The notes beneath the pieces were generated by a model, which was not told the DNA's origin, made no database searches, and saw only the letters and a list, made by a program, of their open reading frames with translations. From the IMG/VR virus record IMGVR_UViG_3300021142_000002, positions 124,001-188,000 of that record: a stretch of 64,000 bases of DNA. One strand, written 5' to 3'. Each line of letters starts with the position of its first letter. Position 1 is the stretch's first letter. This document shows, piece by piece, positions 36,617-49,000 of the stretch. The position numbers were made by a program, and so were the translations under genes.

Positions 36617-37996
36617 TTATACCGACATACTTACAATCTGTGATTTTAACCATCTAGCAATTAATCTAATGCACGCAATGTATAAGGCATAATCTAGATC
36701 AGGCTCTTTCATTTCATGTAAGATATTATCAATTTCTAATAAAATATCTTTTACATCAGATCCTTCAGTTAATGTTCTAGAAACTACTTTAATAACATAT
36801 TGTACTAGATATTTAGCACCATGATATTCATGCTCTAATGCAGCAGTTAATCTTAATTGCATGGCAGCTTTATCAACACCTTCCATACCCATAATTAGTG
36901 TAGCCATGTAATCTCTGGTTACACGTCTTACTAGAGTAATATCTTCCAGTGTTTCTTTAGCCTTTAATTGATTAATTTTCATGGTATAGATATCTGAATA
37001 CTTTTCTGGATTATTTCTTAAATCCAGATCTCTATCTATAGCTGATGTATTGCCATGGGTAGATAAGAAACCTAAAGCAGCTTCAGGACTACCGCCTTTG
37101 TTTTGAATCCATTCTCTGTAGTTTGGACCATAAACCATTAGGCAATTGCGAGCTAAGTAATCAGTATCGTTAAAACTTACTTTAGCTAAGATTTCACCAT
37201 TAGAAATAGATCTATCATAAGCTAGTGTATCTCTATAGATCTTACCGGCAATAGCAGCTCGCAGTTTAGCGACCAATGCTCTTAAAGCAGTATCTTCCAT
37301 TAAAGCTGAACACTTATCAGTTTTTTCATTTTGTATTCCAGTTAATAATAGGAAATACAAAATAGATCTAGGCAGGCTTAACTGCGCCGTATCAATAGCA
37401 TCTGGAATCGTTCTAGCTTCAGAGATAATATCTTTAAGATACTCAGTCGCCTTAGCGTCCAGTAAGTTAGAGCCTGTTTTAATTAGATCTTCAATTTCAG
37501 CTGAGGTAAAATCTTCAGCTAATCTTTTTGATAATTCATAACATTCAGACGATACAAAAGGAATAGTATCTTTATAAGGATCTAATAACTGAGTAAATAA
37601 TTCATCAGTTAAAATACTAGGCATTTCAATTAACTTAATATTGCCCAGTAACCCTACGCTAGCTAAAGCACTTTCTTTTCTAACCTCTTCAACTTCTTTA
37701 ACAATTGCTCTGCAATGGGGGTTGACTACATTCTTTGCTGTATCAATAATGTTTCCCATCACAATAGCAATCTTTTTAACACAGGCGGTTTCATAACCTG
37801 AATGTGTACCAAATGTATTATTGCCTTCAATTGATAAATCCATAATCCTTTCATCAGTCCCTGTATCATTAATACAAGTTAATGTTTTAAAGATAAGATC
37901 TAATGCTGAGGCTTGTACCGGCATCAGTGCTTTACCACTATAAGTAGCTGCACTGACAATATGACTTGTTTCATTTAAAACCTTTCTGGTAATCAT
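36617..37996 (-). CDS. Conserved phiKZ gp177-like head protein
   Basis: 459 aa; AKNVVNP, VYG..Y..W...GGSPEA.LG; synteny. Confidence 0.55.
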   Translation of the reverse strand: MITRKVLNETSHIVSAATYSGKALMPVQASALDLIFKTLTCINDTGTDERIMDLSIEGNNTFGTHSGYETACVKKIAIVMGNIIDTAKNVVNPHCRAIVKEVEEVRKESALASVGLLGNIKLIEMPSILTDELFTQLLDPYKDTIPFVSSECYELSKRLAEDFTSAEIEDLIKTGSNLLDAKATEYLKDIISEARTIPDAIDTAQLSLPRSILYFLLLTGIQNEKTDKCSALMEDTALRALVAKLRAAIAGKIYRDTLAYDRSISNGEILAKVSFNDTDYLARNCLMVYGPNYREWIQNKGGSPEAALGFLSTHGNTSAIDRDLDLRNNPEKYSDIYTMKINQLKAKETLEDITLVRRVTRDYMATLIMGMEGVDKAAMQLRLTAALEHEYHGAKYLVQYVIKVVSRTLTEGSDVKDILLEIDNILHEMKEPDLDYALYIACIRLIARWLKSQIVSMSV

Positions 37997-38009
37997 TAGT
38001 ATACTCCTT

Positions 38010-38213
38010 TTAAACAGCTAGTTCAGATAATAAAGCAGCGGCTACTAATTCTTCAGTTTCACTTTCTGCTAAAGGAGATTTACCTATTTTATCACCAATC
38101 ATTTCTTTTAAAATAGCAGTCCCTAATGAGACTGCACAAGCGATTGTTTTCTTAGTAATGATTTGTTTTTCTGGTAACTTTTCTTCTACTACTAAATTTA
38201 GATCATCCATCAT
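38010..38213 (-). CDS. Small hypothetical protein
   Basis: 67-aa ORF with GAGG RBS. Confidence 0.5.
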   Translation of the reverse strand: MMDDLNLVVEEKLPEKQIITKKTIACAVSLGTAILKEMIGDKIGKSPLAESETEELVAAALLSELAV

Positions 38214-38423
38214 TTATCCTCTTTTATATTTTAAACCCATTTGTTTAGAAAGCTCTTTTAGTACGGTATTCATAACACCCATAATTTCTGGAGAAACTAC
38301 GATACGTGCAGCAACGGCATAAAATCCAAATAAAGCATCGACTTTAATGCCATTTCTAGCAATAATGGGTGAGGTAGAAACTCGGCTAATAGTAGATTTT
38401 AACTGATTAGCAAACACGACTTT
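38214..38423 (-). CDS. vRNAP beta subunit (gp178-like), exon 2
   Basis: KVVFANQLKSTISR...; restores the conserved GD|K motif; spliced product about 1330 aa. Confidence 0.85.
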   Translation of the reverse strand, partial: KVVFANQLKSTISRVSTSPIIARNGIKVDALFGFYAVAARIVVSPEIMGVMNTVLKELSKQMGLKYKRG

Positions 38424-38755
38424 CCTTTTTGTTCCATTAATTCGTTAGATTAATGCGGTGTGCAAAGACACCCGCCCTTACTTTCATAAGGGAGCAGATC
38501 ATATCATCCACCTATTTGTAGGTGGTTTCCCATTTCTTCCCACTTGGGGTCTACAGGGTGGTAAGCCCTTGATCGTTGAACGTTCTCCATGTATTCTAAT
38601 GAATATTTAGGAGCTTCGCTGCTGATTGCCCAATCTTTATTATTTTTAAACATTCATATTTCTTTTCAAAAATACAGTAGTTAATAAAGCTCTAAGGGAT
38701 TTCCAGCAATTAAGGAAAAACGAATATAATATTACTATTATACCGGACTAATTAT

Positions 38756-39985
38756 TTAATTAAACAACTCTTCAATGATCCAGCCATTATATGGCATTTT
38801 ATAATGTAATCTATTTTTAAGGGTCTTTTTATCTAAACCTAAATATTTACGTAATGTTGCCGAGCTATTGAATTTTAAAATTTCATTATCTTTTATGTTA
38901 GTTATAATAAAATTTCTGGGAACAGAATGTTTAACTGTATAAAAGTTATCTAACCATTCTTTATCACTTTTAGATCTAAAAATAAAATTACCAATAGCAG
39001 TTTGCCGTTCAGAATAAACAGCTTTACGTACCATTGAAATATCAGTATTTGTTATTTTAGCCAGAGTGGTTGCATGTTCTGCATGTATTATTTCACCAGT
39101 TTCAATATTTTTAGCTTCATATCCGTTTGTATTCTCAATTATTTGATTTCGTTTTTCTGGTGTAGTGTAATACCATTCTGTAGTGTCATTGATATCTTTA
39201 ATTTCAAATCTTTTACAGAATAGTCTAGGTATTAAAATGCCATTAATTAATTTCTTAAATGGTCTGTTATGGAATTTTAATCCAATACTTTTAAACCCAG
39301 CAGTGTGAGAATGGTACTCAGTTATAGTATTATTTAAATAATCTCGTATAACACAGCGCTTATTATCAGTTCTTAAATTGCTAATAAAGGCATGATTATT
39401 ATTTTCTCTTGGCGTAACCCATTCCAAATTAATTATACGGTTATCTAATTTATTACCATTTTTATGATTAACATAAATTTTGTTACTTATATCGCTATTA
39501 TATATAAATGCTTTAGCCATCAGCAAATGTGTACATACGGGACGCCATCTATTTTTATCAGGATCCCTAATATTAACACATGGATATCCATAAGGATTTA
39601 GTCTTATACTCATTTCTAAATCTTTATTTTTATATAACGAAATAACTTTACCATTCTTATTTATAGCAAAATTAGTAAAACCAGGAATTATTCTAAACCC
39701 ATTCTTATAAAGAATAGGGTTAGTAAAATACATTACCATACCACATCTAACCTTTAATACCCTGCTAGTTATTGGCATAAATTTTATTTTAACTAATTCA
39801 TTAAGGGGTAACTTTACATCATAATGGCATAATAAACTAACCCATGTTTTATCCAATTGCACTATTTCACCAGAAATTTCTATATCAATAAATTGATCGT
39901 TTAAAACTATATCTTTTCCCTTAAATCTATAATTTCCATTAATATCAAATGAATGGTCTTCATTAAGATAAAATTTTTTATACAT
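38756..39985 (-). CDS. Intron-encoded HNH homing endonuclease
   Basis: THLLMAKAF...VNHKNGNKLDN...NLEWVTPRENNNHA; C-terminal NUMOD1-like repeats. Confidence 0.92.
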   Translation of the reverse strand: MYKKFYLNEDHSFDINGNYRFKGKDIVLNDQFIDIEISGEIVQLDKTWVSLLCHYDVKLPLNELVKIKFMPITSRVLKVRCGMVMYFTNPILYKNGFRIIPGFTNFAINKNGKVISLYKNKDLEMSIRLNPYGYPCVNIRDPDKNRWRPVCTHLLMAKAFIYNSDISNKIYVNHKNGNKLDNRIINLEWVTPRENNNHAFISNLRTDNKRCVIRDYLNNTITEYHSHTAGFKSIGLKFHNRPFKKLINGILIPRLFCKRFEIKDINDTTEWYYTTPEKRNQIIENTNGYEAKNIETGEIIHAEHATTLAKITNTDISMVRKAVYSERQTAIGNFIFRSKSDKEWLDNFYTVKHSVPRNFIITNIKDNEILKFNSSATLRKYLGLDKKTLKNRLHYKMPYNGWIIEELFN

Positions 39986-40018
39986 GTTATTTAACCTATA
40001 AATGATTGAATGTGTGTA

Positions 40019-40045
40019 TAAATAATATATATCTTAAAGAAATTT
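40019..40045 (-). promoter_or_regulatory. Early-type promoter inside intron, upstream of HNH
   Basis: Minus strand TTTCTTTAAGATATATATTATTT. Confidence 0.5.
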
Positions 40046-40064
40046 GTGTTTATTAAAAGGAATA

Positions 40065-43000
40065 ATCACCGCAATTCATTGGCAGCTCACCATCTATATA
40101 GATTTTAATAGCCAATTGATTTTCTACCACTTTCTTACCTGCTATTCGTACCGTCTCATCTATTCGTCCAGTCTTAGCTTCATCTAATTGATATCGCTTT
40201 ACACGCTTAGCTCTATTGGAGTCATAATACTCTGCAATCTTTTGCAAACTAAAATGCATATCATCTATTTTTCCATAGTAAACCACTTCAATATCAGTTA
40301 CTTTACCATAGACTTTAGCTTTCGGATTATTAGCGTTAATAGCTGTTAAAGCCTTAATAGCTGCGGCATCTTTAGCATCCACATTCTCGCCAATAGCCTG
40401 CTCTAAAGTACATAATATTGTTTCAGGGTCCACTACATCACCTATTTTTACTAGGTTATGAATGATGGTATCAAAGTCTACTATTACCCCGTGCAGAGTC
40501 GTTGTAGGCGTTACTAATTTACTAGCCAGTTCACTAGTAATAACTGATCCATCTTCAGTAACATCCATATTTTCTACTAAAGCTACTTTACAAATTAAGC
40601 TGCCTTTATAGACAACATTTCTAGGATTTATTTCTGATCTTTGAAAGAATCCAGAGTTAAAGACTAATGCATCACCTTTTTTAAACTGATGTCCTTTCTT
40701 TAAATCACTGATTCTAGTATGAGGTATAGTAACACCCGATACAGTACCATGATAAATACCTAATTCATAATTAACCAGTCTATCTTTACCATACTTAACA
40801 GTTAAAACATCTTTTTTATTATCTTCTACAATACCATCTTCTTCTGCAGTAACAACAAAGATATCATCTGCTTTAGCACCAATGACTTCTTCATAACCTG
40901 TTCTATAATGACTAGGATGATATCCATTGCAGGCAACTGTATGACTATCCTGAATGCCTTTATAATTTACGCGTTTACTATCATCGTGACTTAATGAAAC
41001 ACCAGCTAGGGTGGTACTACTTAATGCATTAGTGGCCCCATCTTTCTCATGATTAAATTCTCTAGTAACTCCTCTTAAATTGACAAAGTTAGGATTAGCT
41101 GTAAAGTATGCTCTAATACCTACCTTAGCACTATCTGGAGTAGACTCCGATATAACACCTAAATCCTTTTCATTATAAGCTCTAGTCTCCTTTACCATTG
41201 TTTCAGCAGATCTACCACCTGCGCCGCCATGAGTAAAAGATTCATGCTCCTTTAGATTGTGCAGTGGATTACTTTCTTCTACTAATGATACTGACTGATC
41301 TTGAATGATATCTAGCCAAACCGATTTAGGATTAATAGTCACACCCACATTACTCATACTACCACCTGCCCTGTGAGTACGCATAGCAGTAATCAATTGA
41401 TGGTATAACAAGCCCGATAGTCTTTCATAACCTTTATACCTAACTGCATTTAAATCATGTACAAAGTCATCCACTAATAAGCTATTAGCTCTTAATAATA
41501 AATGATAAAAATCAGTAGGCTCTCCCATCTCCTTTAATAGATTAAGAGTAATGGGTTCCATCCACATATCAAACATTAGTTTTAGTTCTCTTAAGTGATA
41601 ATTAGTGACACCTAATCCACTCATTAAACTACTGTAAATATTAGGTCTATTAAAGTCACTTCCTTTATATTTAGAGATATCATTTTTAATAGCCAGTAAT
41701 CCACCGACTATTAATTTATCTGCAGGTTTAGTTACTGTAATAACGTAGACGATATCTTTAAACTTTAGTTTAACTTCATCTGGATGATAAGCTAATCTTA
41801 CATTAGTTGCTGAGAGTGTAAAAGGTATTTGTAATTTCTTTAACATCTCATCTAAACCAAAGAGATAAGAAAAAGCTAGGCCTAATGGAATACGTCTATT
41901 AAAGACTGACATTTCAGAATATTCAATAGGTCCATTACCTAATGATGGATCTATTAAATAAGGTATAGTGCCTAATTCCTCAATTGAATCAGCTTTGGTG
42001 GATCTAATACCACTACCCCAGAATGTATAAACAGTCCCCTCATTATCCATTCCTAATAAACCTAATCCGCCAATTAACTCCCCAACTACCACGCAGTCTT
42101 CATCCTTAATTTTTTCATATAAAGAATGATCGTATTCATGTAATTTCTTTTCTATAGCAAAGTCTAAATGATATTGGAATCTAATAATTCCATCTACTAA
42201 AAATCTTCCACAGTCAAAACTGGTAATTGCTTCACAAATAGCCGTATAAGCTCTAGGTAATTGCAGATTCTTTATTTTATTAATACCATAGAGTAGATTA
42301 CCAATAGTTCCATCATTTTTAGTAAATCTATTTATAATCTCTTTTAAAATCCATTTACTGTAGTTACTTGCTACACTTTCATTTCTAGTAACAAATATCT
42401 TTCCATAATAACTAGTCAAAGAAACAGTATTAGATTTTACCTTAAAAATTGGAAGTTCTCCGCGCTGACTAGTTAAAGAATAGCGTATTCCACCAGCTAC
42501 GAAAGTACCATCAGCATTAACTACTGGTATAGTAAAATGAATAGTACTCGCCTCCCCATTAATAGGTTGCAGTGATACACTGTAGGTATCAGATTTAGTA
42601 ACTGCATTATTCTTTCTTTTTACTTTAATATCCTTTACTATTACCCCACCTTTGTGTAAATTTAACACTGTGGCTATAATATCTTTAGGCAATACTTCAG
42701 TAACGTATTTACTCGTAAATTCTTTCATGGTAGAGTGTAGCATACTCTCATCATGAATAGTAATACTTTCATCTAATAATTTAGTATCAGTAATAGTTAA
42801 ATCATTATCGGTAATTGCCATTTCCTCTAGTGTCTTGCCAGAGCCATGAGGGTCTAATATTGTCTTATACTTTTGACTGAGTTTTAATAATCCTTTTTGT
42901 TCAGCTTCAGATAGAGCACCCATTTCTCCAGCTTCTTTAATCTTCCTTACAATGACTTCGTTAGATACTAAATCATTTTCCCCTAAGTCCTTATCATTAA

Positions 43001-43847
43001 TATCTACAATGTCTGGATTGTTAGGTGTTCTTAAAGCTACTATACCATCCAGAAAGTGATATAAGCTATTCATGCAGACTTCAGGATCTTCATGTGACCA
43101 ATCTAATAGATCCTTTAATCTAATGATAATAGTATTATTTAACTCTACAAAGACTAGATTAACATGTTCGATCGCTTCATCAGATACTTTAGTAATAACT
43201 GATTCAATACTAGGGTTAATGATTCTCCATAATTCTAATAAGTCAAAACTCTCATTAGTGTGAAAATCTGCTAGTCCATTACTCGTAAAGTTCTTAGTAT
43301 ATTTACTTAAGTCAGATCGAGTAGGCAATATCTCTGGCAGTAGATATCTAATAAAGTGCTCTCTCCTACCACCAATCTGATTAATCATATCCCACATAGT
43401 CAGTCGAATGTTATACCATTCTTGATAGACGACTAAGGTATTATTAGTATACTTATTTAATCTAGGCAATAGAGCATAGTTAATAACAATAGGGGCACTA
43501 TTGTTACTTAATGACCTATCTAGATTAGTCAATGGTTTAATATTTAGATGTGTTTTTTGATATCGTCTGATAACATTATTAATAGGTATATTGGTGCTAC
43601 TTACATTGCCAATACCTACCTTTAAATGTAGCATGTGATAAATATAGATTGGGCTACTATTTCCATTTCTAATTAAACAATAGGAGTTGTCTATCCCTAC
43701 TGTTTGATCAGTTTCCCCAATATAGTGAATAACACTATTACTGGGTAGAAAAAACTGACTCGATGGATTATGTTTACCACCATTGACTATCTTACCAATG
43801 GGATAAGTCAAAAACTTTTTATCCCATTCTTTTATTGGTAAATACAT
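40065..43847 (-). CDS. vRNAP beta subunit (phiKZ gp178-like), exon 1
   Basis: SQRGE.P, GGAGGRS, ISE.TPDSAKVG, DDSKRV, EDGSVI, ending ..MNCGD; the track ORF reads 3 codons into the intron. Confidence 0.9.
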
Positions 43848-43856
43848 TACTTACTC

Positions 43857-44021
43857 CTATTCATATATTTTAGTAAAGCTATTGAGCACGAGTGGACTAA
43901 CTTTATCAATAACTCCGTATAATAATCCGCCACTAGGATTCATAAATGATTTTTTATTATTCATAAACTTTTTAGCTTCCTCTACCGCTTCTTTTGAGAT
44001 TACAAAATTTAGAGAGACTTT
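43857..44021 (-). CDS. vRNAP beta-prime subunit (gp180-like), exon 2 (absent from ORF track)
   Basis: KVSLNFVISKEAVEEAKKFM...KIYE*, 54 aa; its stop overlaps the AGGAG RBS of the next gene. Confidence 0.85.
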   Translation of the reverse strand, partial: KVSLNFVISKEAVEEAKKFMNNKKSFMNPSGGLLYGVIDKVSPLVLNSFTKIYE

Positions 44022-44534
44022 CGATTTGTTCAGATGAAGTCGTTAATTTCACCTCGCAGCATTACCTGCAGCTATAACTCTCGTTATAGACCAGACTATA
44101 TCTTCTACCTATTAATATATTCATTAATATACCAATAGGCAGCTTCCCATTTCTTCCCACTTGGGCTTTACACCGTGGTTAGCGGTTAGTCGTTGAACGT
44201 TCTCCATGTATTCTATAGAATATTTAGGAGCTTCGCTGCTGATTTTCTCTACCTAATAGTTTTCAAACATTGGTATTACTTTTCAATAATACAGTAGTCT
44301 ATTAGTCTAACAAGATGTTCCAGCAATTAAAGAAGAATCTATCCCAGTATTACTACTGAGTAGGACACTGATACTTAAACTATTTTATACTTAAAATGCC
44401 AATCTGAATTAATGGGTATTCCATTTAGATTCCTAATAATAGCTTTTCGGTTTACTCGAGTAACACCTTCAGCTATTTATAAGTATTACGATAAAAAGTA
44501 TTCAGAAAAATAAGTACAACTAGAATAAGCTAGA
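44022..44534 (-). mobile_element. Group I intron (513 nt, no intact ORF) in vRNAP beta-prime gene
   Basis: P AAUUGCUGGAAC, Q AAUCAGCAG, R GUUCAACGACUA, S AAGAUAUAGUCUG; exon ends in U, intron ends in G. Confidence 0.9.
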
Positions 44535-45992
44535 ATCACCATCGAAATCTGCTTGTAATCCTTCGGGTTTAGAACTGTGTACCGATACTGAATCTATAAA
44601 AGGTTGTCCTTTAATAGGCATGTTTATAGCCTTAGATTCATTTTCTACAGGACACCAATTATCATCCAATCTTTGCAGAATTTCTGTTTTTACTGTTGTT
44701 TGCAGGTAAACCATACTGCAGTAAATACTGCCTGTACCTACAATGGGATATCTTGTTATATAGGTAGCTACTTCTTTACTTTGTAGATAAACGGAAATAT
44801 AAAACATTTCAGTCCAAGTAATAGGTGCTACATTCTTTCTATCTAAACGTTTAGGTAAATCAGTAATGTCATAAAAGACCCTAAAGTATTTATCATCCCT
44901 ATAAAGCAATGCTGCATAATGACCATCTATTATAATAGGCTTATGCCTTGCATCTAATTTAGCATAACCAGTTAATAGTTTTTCAATACCTTTTTCACTG
45001 CCCCAATTATCTTTAACAAAAGTAGAAGGTGTAATCATTCTTTCTTCTAATGTCTTGCTATCGACTACCCAGATATCATTAGGTAAGTTATTGACTATTC
45101 TATTCATTGGACCTGCTTTAATTCCATAGATAGATAGCTCAGTAGTACCCTTTAAATACTGGTGTAAACCACAGGTTGTATCATTAACAGTAACTGCATC
45201 TATATCGCCTAATTTCTTAGGAGCAGGATCAATTGCAGTGATTACATTTCGTGTTCCGCCATGAATACTGCGGCTTGCCCATTTGGATAAGAAGAATCCT
45301 CTTTTACCCTCAAGGATAGATTCTATGTAATCATAGATGTTATTAAATCCTAATTGGAGAGACCATCTAACAGTATCTAAGATGGGATCATTTTTAGCGG
45401 TAGAGAAAGTAGAAATAGTATTAGCAGATCGCATGACTTTTCTATAAAGCGCGTTAATGTCATCTTCAACAGTTCTTTTATTTTCATCTATTTCAATGTC
45501 TCTAAGACCTGCTGGAATAACGACTAAATACCGATACATACATTTTTCATGAGACTTATCTAGAAACTTAATTCTTAAATCTCTAATCGGTGAATTATTT
45601 TCAGCATGTAAGATATCATGAAAGTGTTCCATAAAGAAGGCATAACCTGTTCTGCCATCTATGATATTAGATTTTACAAAGTCTTTTAGATTATTATCCC
45701 AAGTAGCATAAGCTGCTCCAGACATAATAAGTTTATATAAACCTTTTAATCTAGTGAGTTCTAAAAAGACTTTAGGATGCATGACTTCAGTACGCATGTC
45801 TATATAAGACAGTCTTCTTTGTCTAGTAGGTGATCCAAGATCACCAAAGATAATAGATGAATATAAACCTTGTGGATTAAATGATCCATCAATGGTATAA
45901 ATATCCATTGACTGAGTAGGCAGTAAGCCTGCTAATCGACTCTTATCAGGAGAGAGTAGATATAAATTAAATGGTAATCGCTTGAGTGCCAT
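44535..45992 (-). CDS. vRNAP beta-prime subunit (phiKZ gp180-like), exon 1
   Basis: FNPQGLYS..IFG, VIPAGLRD, GKRGF..KWASR....TRNVIT, RYP, catalytic ADFDGD; spliced product about 540 aa. Confidence 0.92.
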
Positions 45993-46033
45993 AGTGTTTC
46001 CTTTTATAAATTTAAATAGAGCTAGGTGGTATC

Positions 46034-49000
46034 ATGGCTAAGAATAAAGAATTTGATTTAGAAAAAATGGGTGAAATGGATGACGATAAATTACTCAATG
46101 CATTAGAGGCTGCCTTTGGTGATGACGATGATTTATTTGATACAGAAATTAAAGATAATAGAAAACCGACTACAGTTATTAAAGATACCATAGTCGATGC
46201 TTTCTCTGGTACGGATAATATCTTAAAGGTAACTAAGTCTCTTATTAAAAGAGCATTGCCAGATAGCTATGGTGATACCATGGATACACTTGAGAATGTA
46301 TCCAGGGATGTTAAAGATACTTATGACGATACTGTTTATAAGTTAGAGCCTGCTATTAATAATGTTAAATTAGGCATTAAAGGTGCTCTTCCTACTATAG
46401 AAAAGATACTGCCTGCGGGAATGGCTAGAAAGATTAAAAAGTTTGCAGAAACTGCAAATGAACAACCTTATTCTGACTATAGTAAAAAGGATTATCAGGG
46501 TGAAGAAATTAGTAATACGATTCAAACTATCTTTGGTGCTGAAGTAGCAGAAAGAGAAGTTAGGGAACGTAAGGCTAATATACATAGGAATATTGACAGG
46601 ACTATAAATAAAAAACAGTTTAAAGTCAGTGCTACTCTGCAAACCCATATGGCTAACAATATAGGTCGTATTGTTAGTTATCAAGATGAAGTATTAGATA
46701 AGTACTATAGAAAATCTTTAGATCTTCAATACCGTTCATACTTTGCTTTAAGATCATTATTAGATCTAAAGAAAGATGAAGTAGTTTCTAATAAGATTCG
46801 ATTTGATAATATCATTAAAAATACTGGTTTACCAGATATTGTAAAAAGTAGATTAAATGAAGATTTTAAAACAGAGTTAAGAAATAGATTAATTGGTAGA
46901 GTACATGATGATTTAGCTACTCGATTAAGAAACTTACCAACTAGAACGCGTGATAGATTAAAAGAAACTATTCGTGGGATAGTAGAAGGTTTTTCAGGTG
47001 CTGCAGAAAGTAGTGTTTCATTAAATGAACAATTCTCTGGCTTGCCATTAGGTGAAATGGCTAAGATGGAGGGTGGGGATTTTGCCAGACATCATCTAGG
47101 TGCACAAATTGGTAAAAAGTTTAGAGATACTATACCTAAATATTTAAATAAAGTAAATCCAAACATTTGGGGATCTATTGAAAACTTTGGTAATACTCTA
47201 AAAAGATACCATTCTGAATGGCCAGGTTATTTAAATAGAAAGTTTGGTGAAGGTAAAGGAATACTAGGTCAAATAGGTACTCTAACAGGTACTGAGTTTG
47301 GCGATACAAACACTATTAATAATAGCTTAGTAGCTGATGCTACTACTGCTACACCTTGGGATACATTATCTAGAAGAACTCTAGTAGAAATTATTCCAGG
47401 TTATTTGTCAAGAACTTTAAATGAAATATCTGGCATACATGCTTTATTAGCCGGTAAAGAAACGCCCAATGAAGTAGTTTATAGCCATGAGTTTGAAGAC
47501 TTTGTTACTAAAAAGAAAGCATTAAAACAAATAAGAAAAAGATTTAGAGGCACAATAGGCAGTGGATTGAAAGATAAGATTAATGCTATTATTGATATAG
47601 TAGATCCAGATGGCACTAAATTATCTGAAAGTGAAAGAGTAGAATTAGGTGGTATCATTGTAAAGGAATTAAGAAAAGGTAATAACTTTGATCCTAGAGA
47701 TTTTGCTGATCCTTATAATTTAGACACACCTAAAGCAGAAAAATATGCTCAGTTATTTAGGGATACTTTTAATATAACTGAAGAGATGGTAGAAGAAGAT
47801 GGCTTTTTAACATCTAAACTACAAGTAGGTGGTGCGGGGGAAGCTAATCTTAAACATAAAAATGCTGCTTTACTATATGGTGAGGCTAGAGGTAGTTTAG
47901 GGAACTACAATGCTTTATTAAATGAATATTTTAAAACAGGCAATAAATCATTACTGCGTGAGTTAGGTATTTTAAAAGAAGAAACTGGAACACTCCATGT
48001 TAATAATGACTATAAAAATAGAGATATTAGAGAATGGTTAAAATTAGGTAATAAAGGTAATTATACTGCTGAGGCAAAAGCCTATTATGAAGGTACTGAT
48101 ACTACCATGGGTCCACCAAAGCCATCACAAACATTTGCAGGATTCCAATTAGGTGGATTAGGTGAAAAAATAGATAAAATAACGCATGAAGAAACTTTAA
48201 GTAAGTTATACAAATTAACAGAAACTAATGATGATAAGAAATTAGCATTATTAGAATCTATTAATGATAGATTACTAAATTTTGGTTATTTTACCCCACC
48301 CCATGAGTCATCTGAAAATATTAATGCTTCCCACGGTTCAGTAACTGTACGAACTAGTAGAAGAAAAAATAATCAAAGAACAACCATTCCTGTTAATCAG
48401 CCTACACCTGCACCAGCTACACCATTTTCTATTTATGAAATGATGCAAATGGTAAAAGATTATGGTGGTAAAATGTCATTGCATGATGCTACTGGTTTAA
48501 TGAATAAGATAGCAAATGCCGGTGGTTATTTAAATACCTCTAGTACAACTATTCGCAATTTATTAAAAAGAGTTACTAAATCCACTGCTAAAGAAATGAA
48601 AAAGGCAGATGCATTTAATGCCACTGGTCATCCTGCTATGGGAAAAACATGGGCTACTCCGGTACAACATCAATTTAATTATGACTTTACTACAGGCACT
48701 AAAGAGTCTACTAGTAAAGGTAATGATAGAGAAATGCCTAAGGTTTATAAAATTCCTAATGGGAAATATCTATACCTTCATGATAAATTAACGGGTGAGT
48801 GGAAAGTTAGGGATTCTGAAACCGATGAACCTTGGATGGATATCGAAAAGCCTGATGCAGAGCTAGTTAAAAAGTTTGTTCCCGCAGACAAAGAAAAACC
48901 TAAATCCTCTAGTACCAAGGCTAAAGGTGGTACTAAAGAAGAAAATGTAAAAAAACTTCGTAAAGGATTAGCAGGTTTATTTATAGGTACAGGTAGATTA

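Larger units (their letters stand above)
38424..40064 (-). mobile_element. Group I intron (1641 nt) with HNH endonuclease in vRNAP beta gene
   Basis: Exon ends in U, intron ends in G; P AAUUGCUGGAAA, Q AAUCAGCAG, R GUUCAACGAUCA, S GAUAUGAUCUG; P1 GAU|UA:UAGUC with U-G at the splice site. Confidence 0.9.

Noticed and set aside
40053-40064. Track C-terminus ...GDYSF* of the 1264-aa RNAP ORF, with 38214-38417 as a separate gene
   Set aside because: A group I core and the restored GD|K motif show these are two exons of one gene.
44520-44534. Track C-terminus ...DGDSSLF* of the beta-prime ORF as a truncation or pseudogene
   Set aside because: It is read-through into a group I intron; an in-frame 54-aa exon 2 lies at 44021-43857.
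38424-44534. Group II intron or intein explanation for the RNAP splits
   Set aside because: No GUGYG start, no domain V and no RT ORF; in-frame stops exclude inteins; P/Q/R/S elements and the terminal G fit group I.
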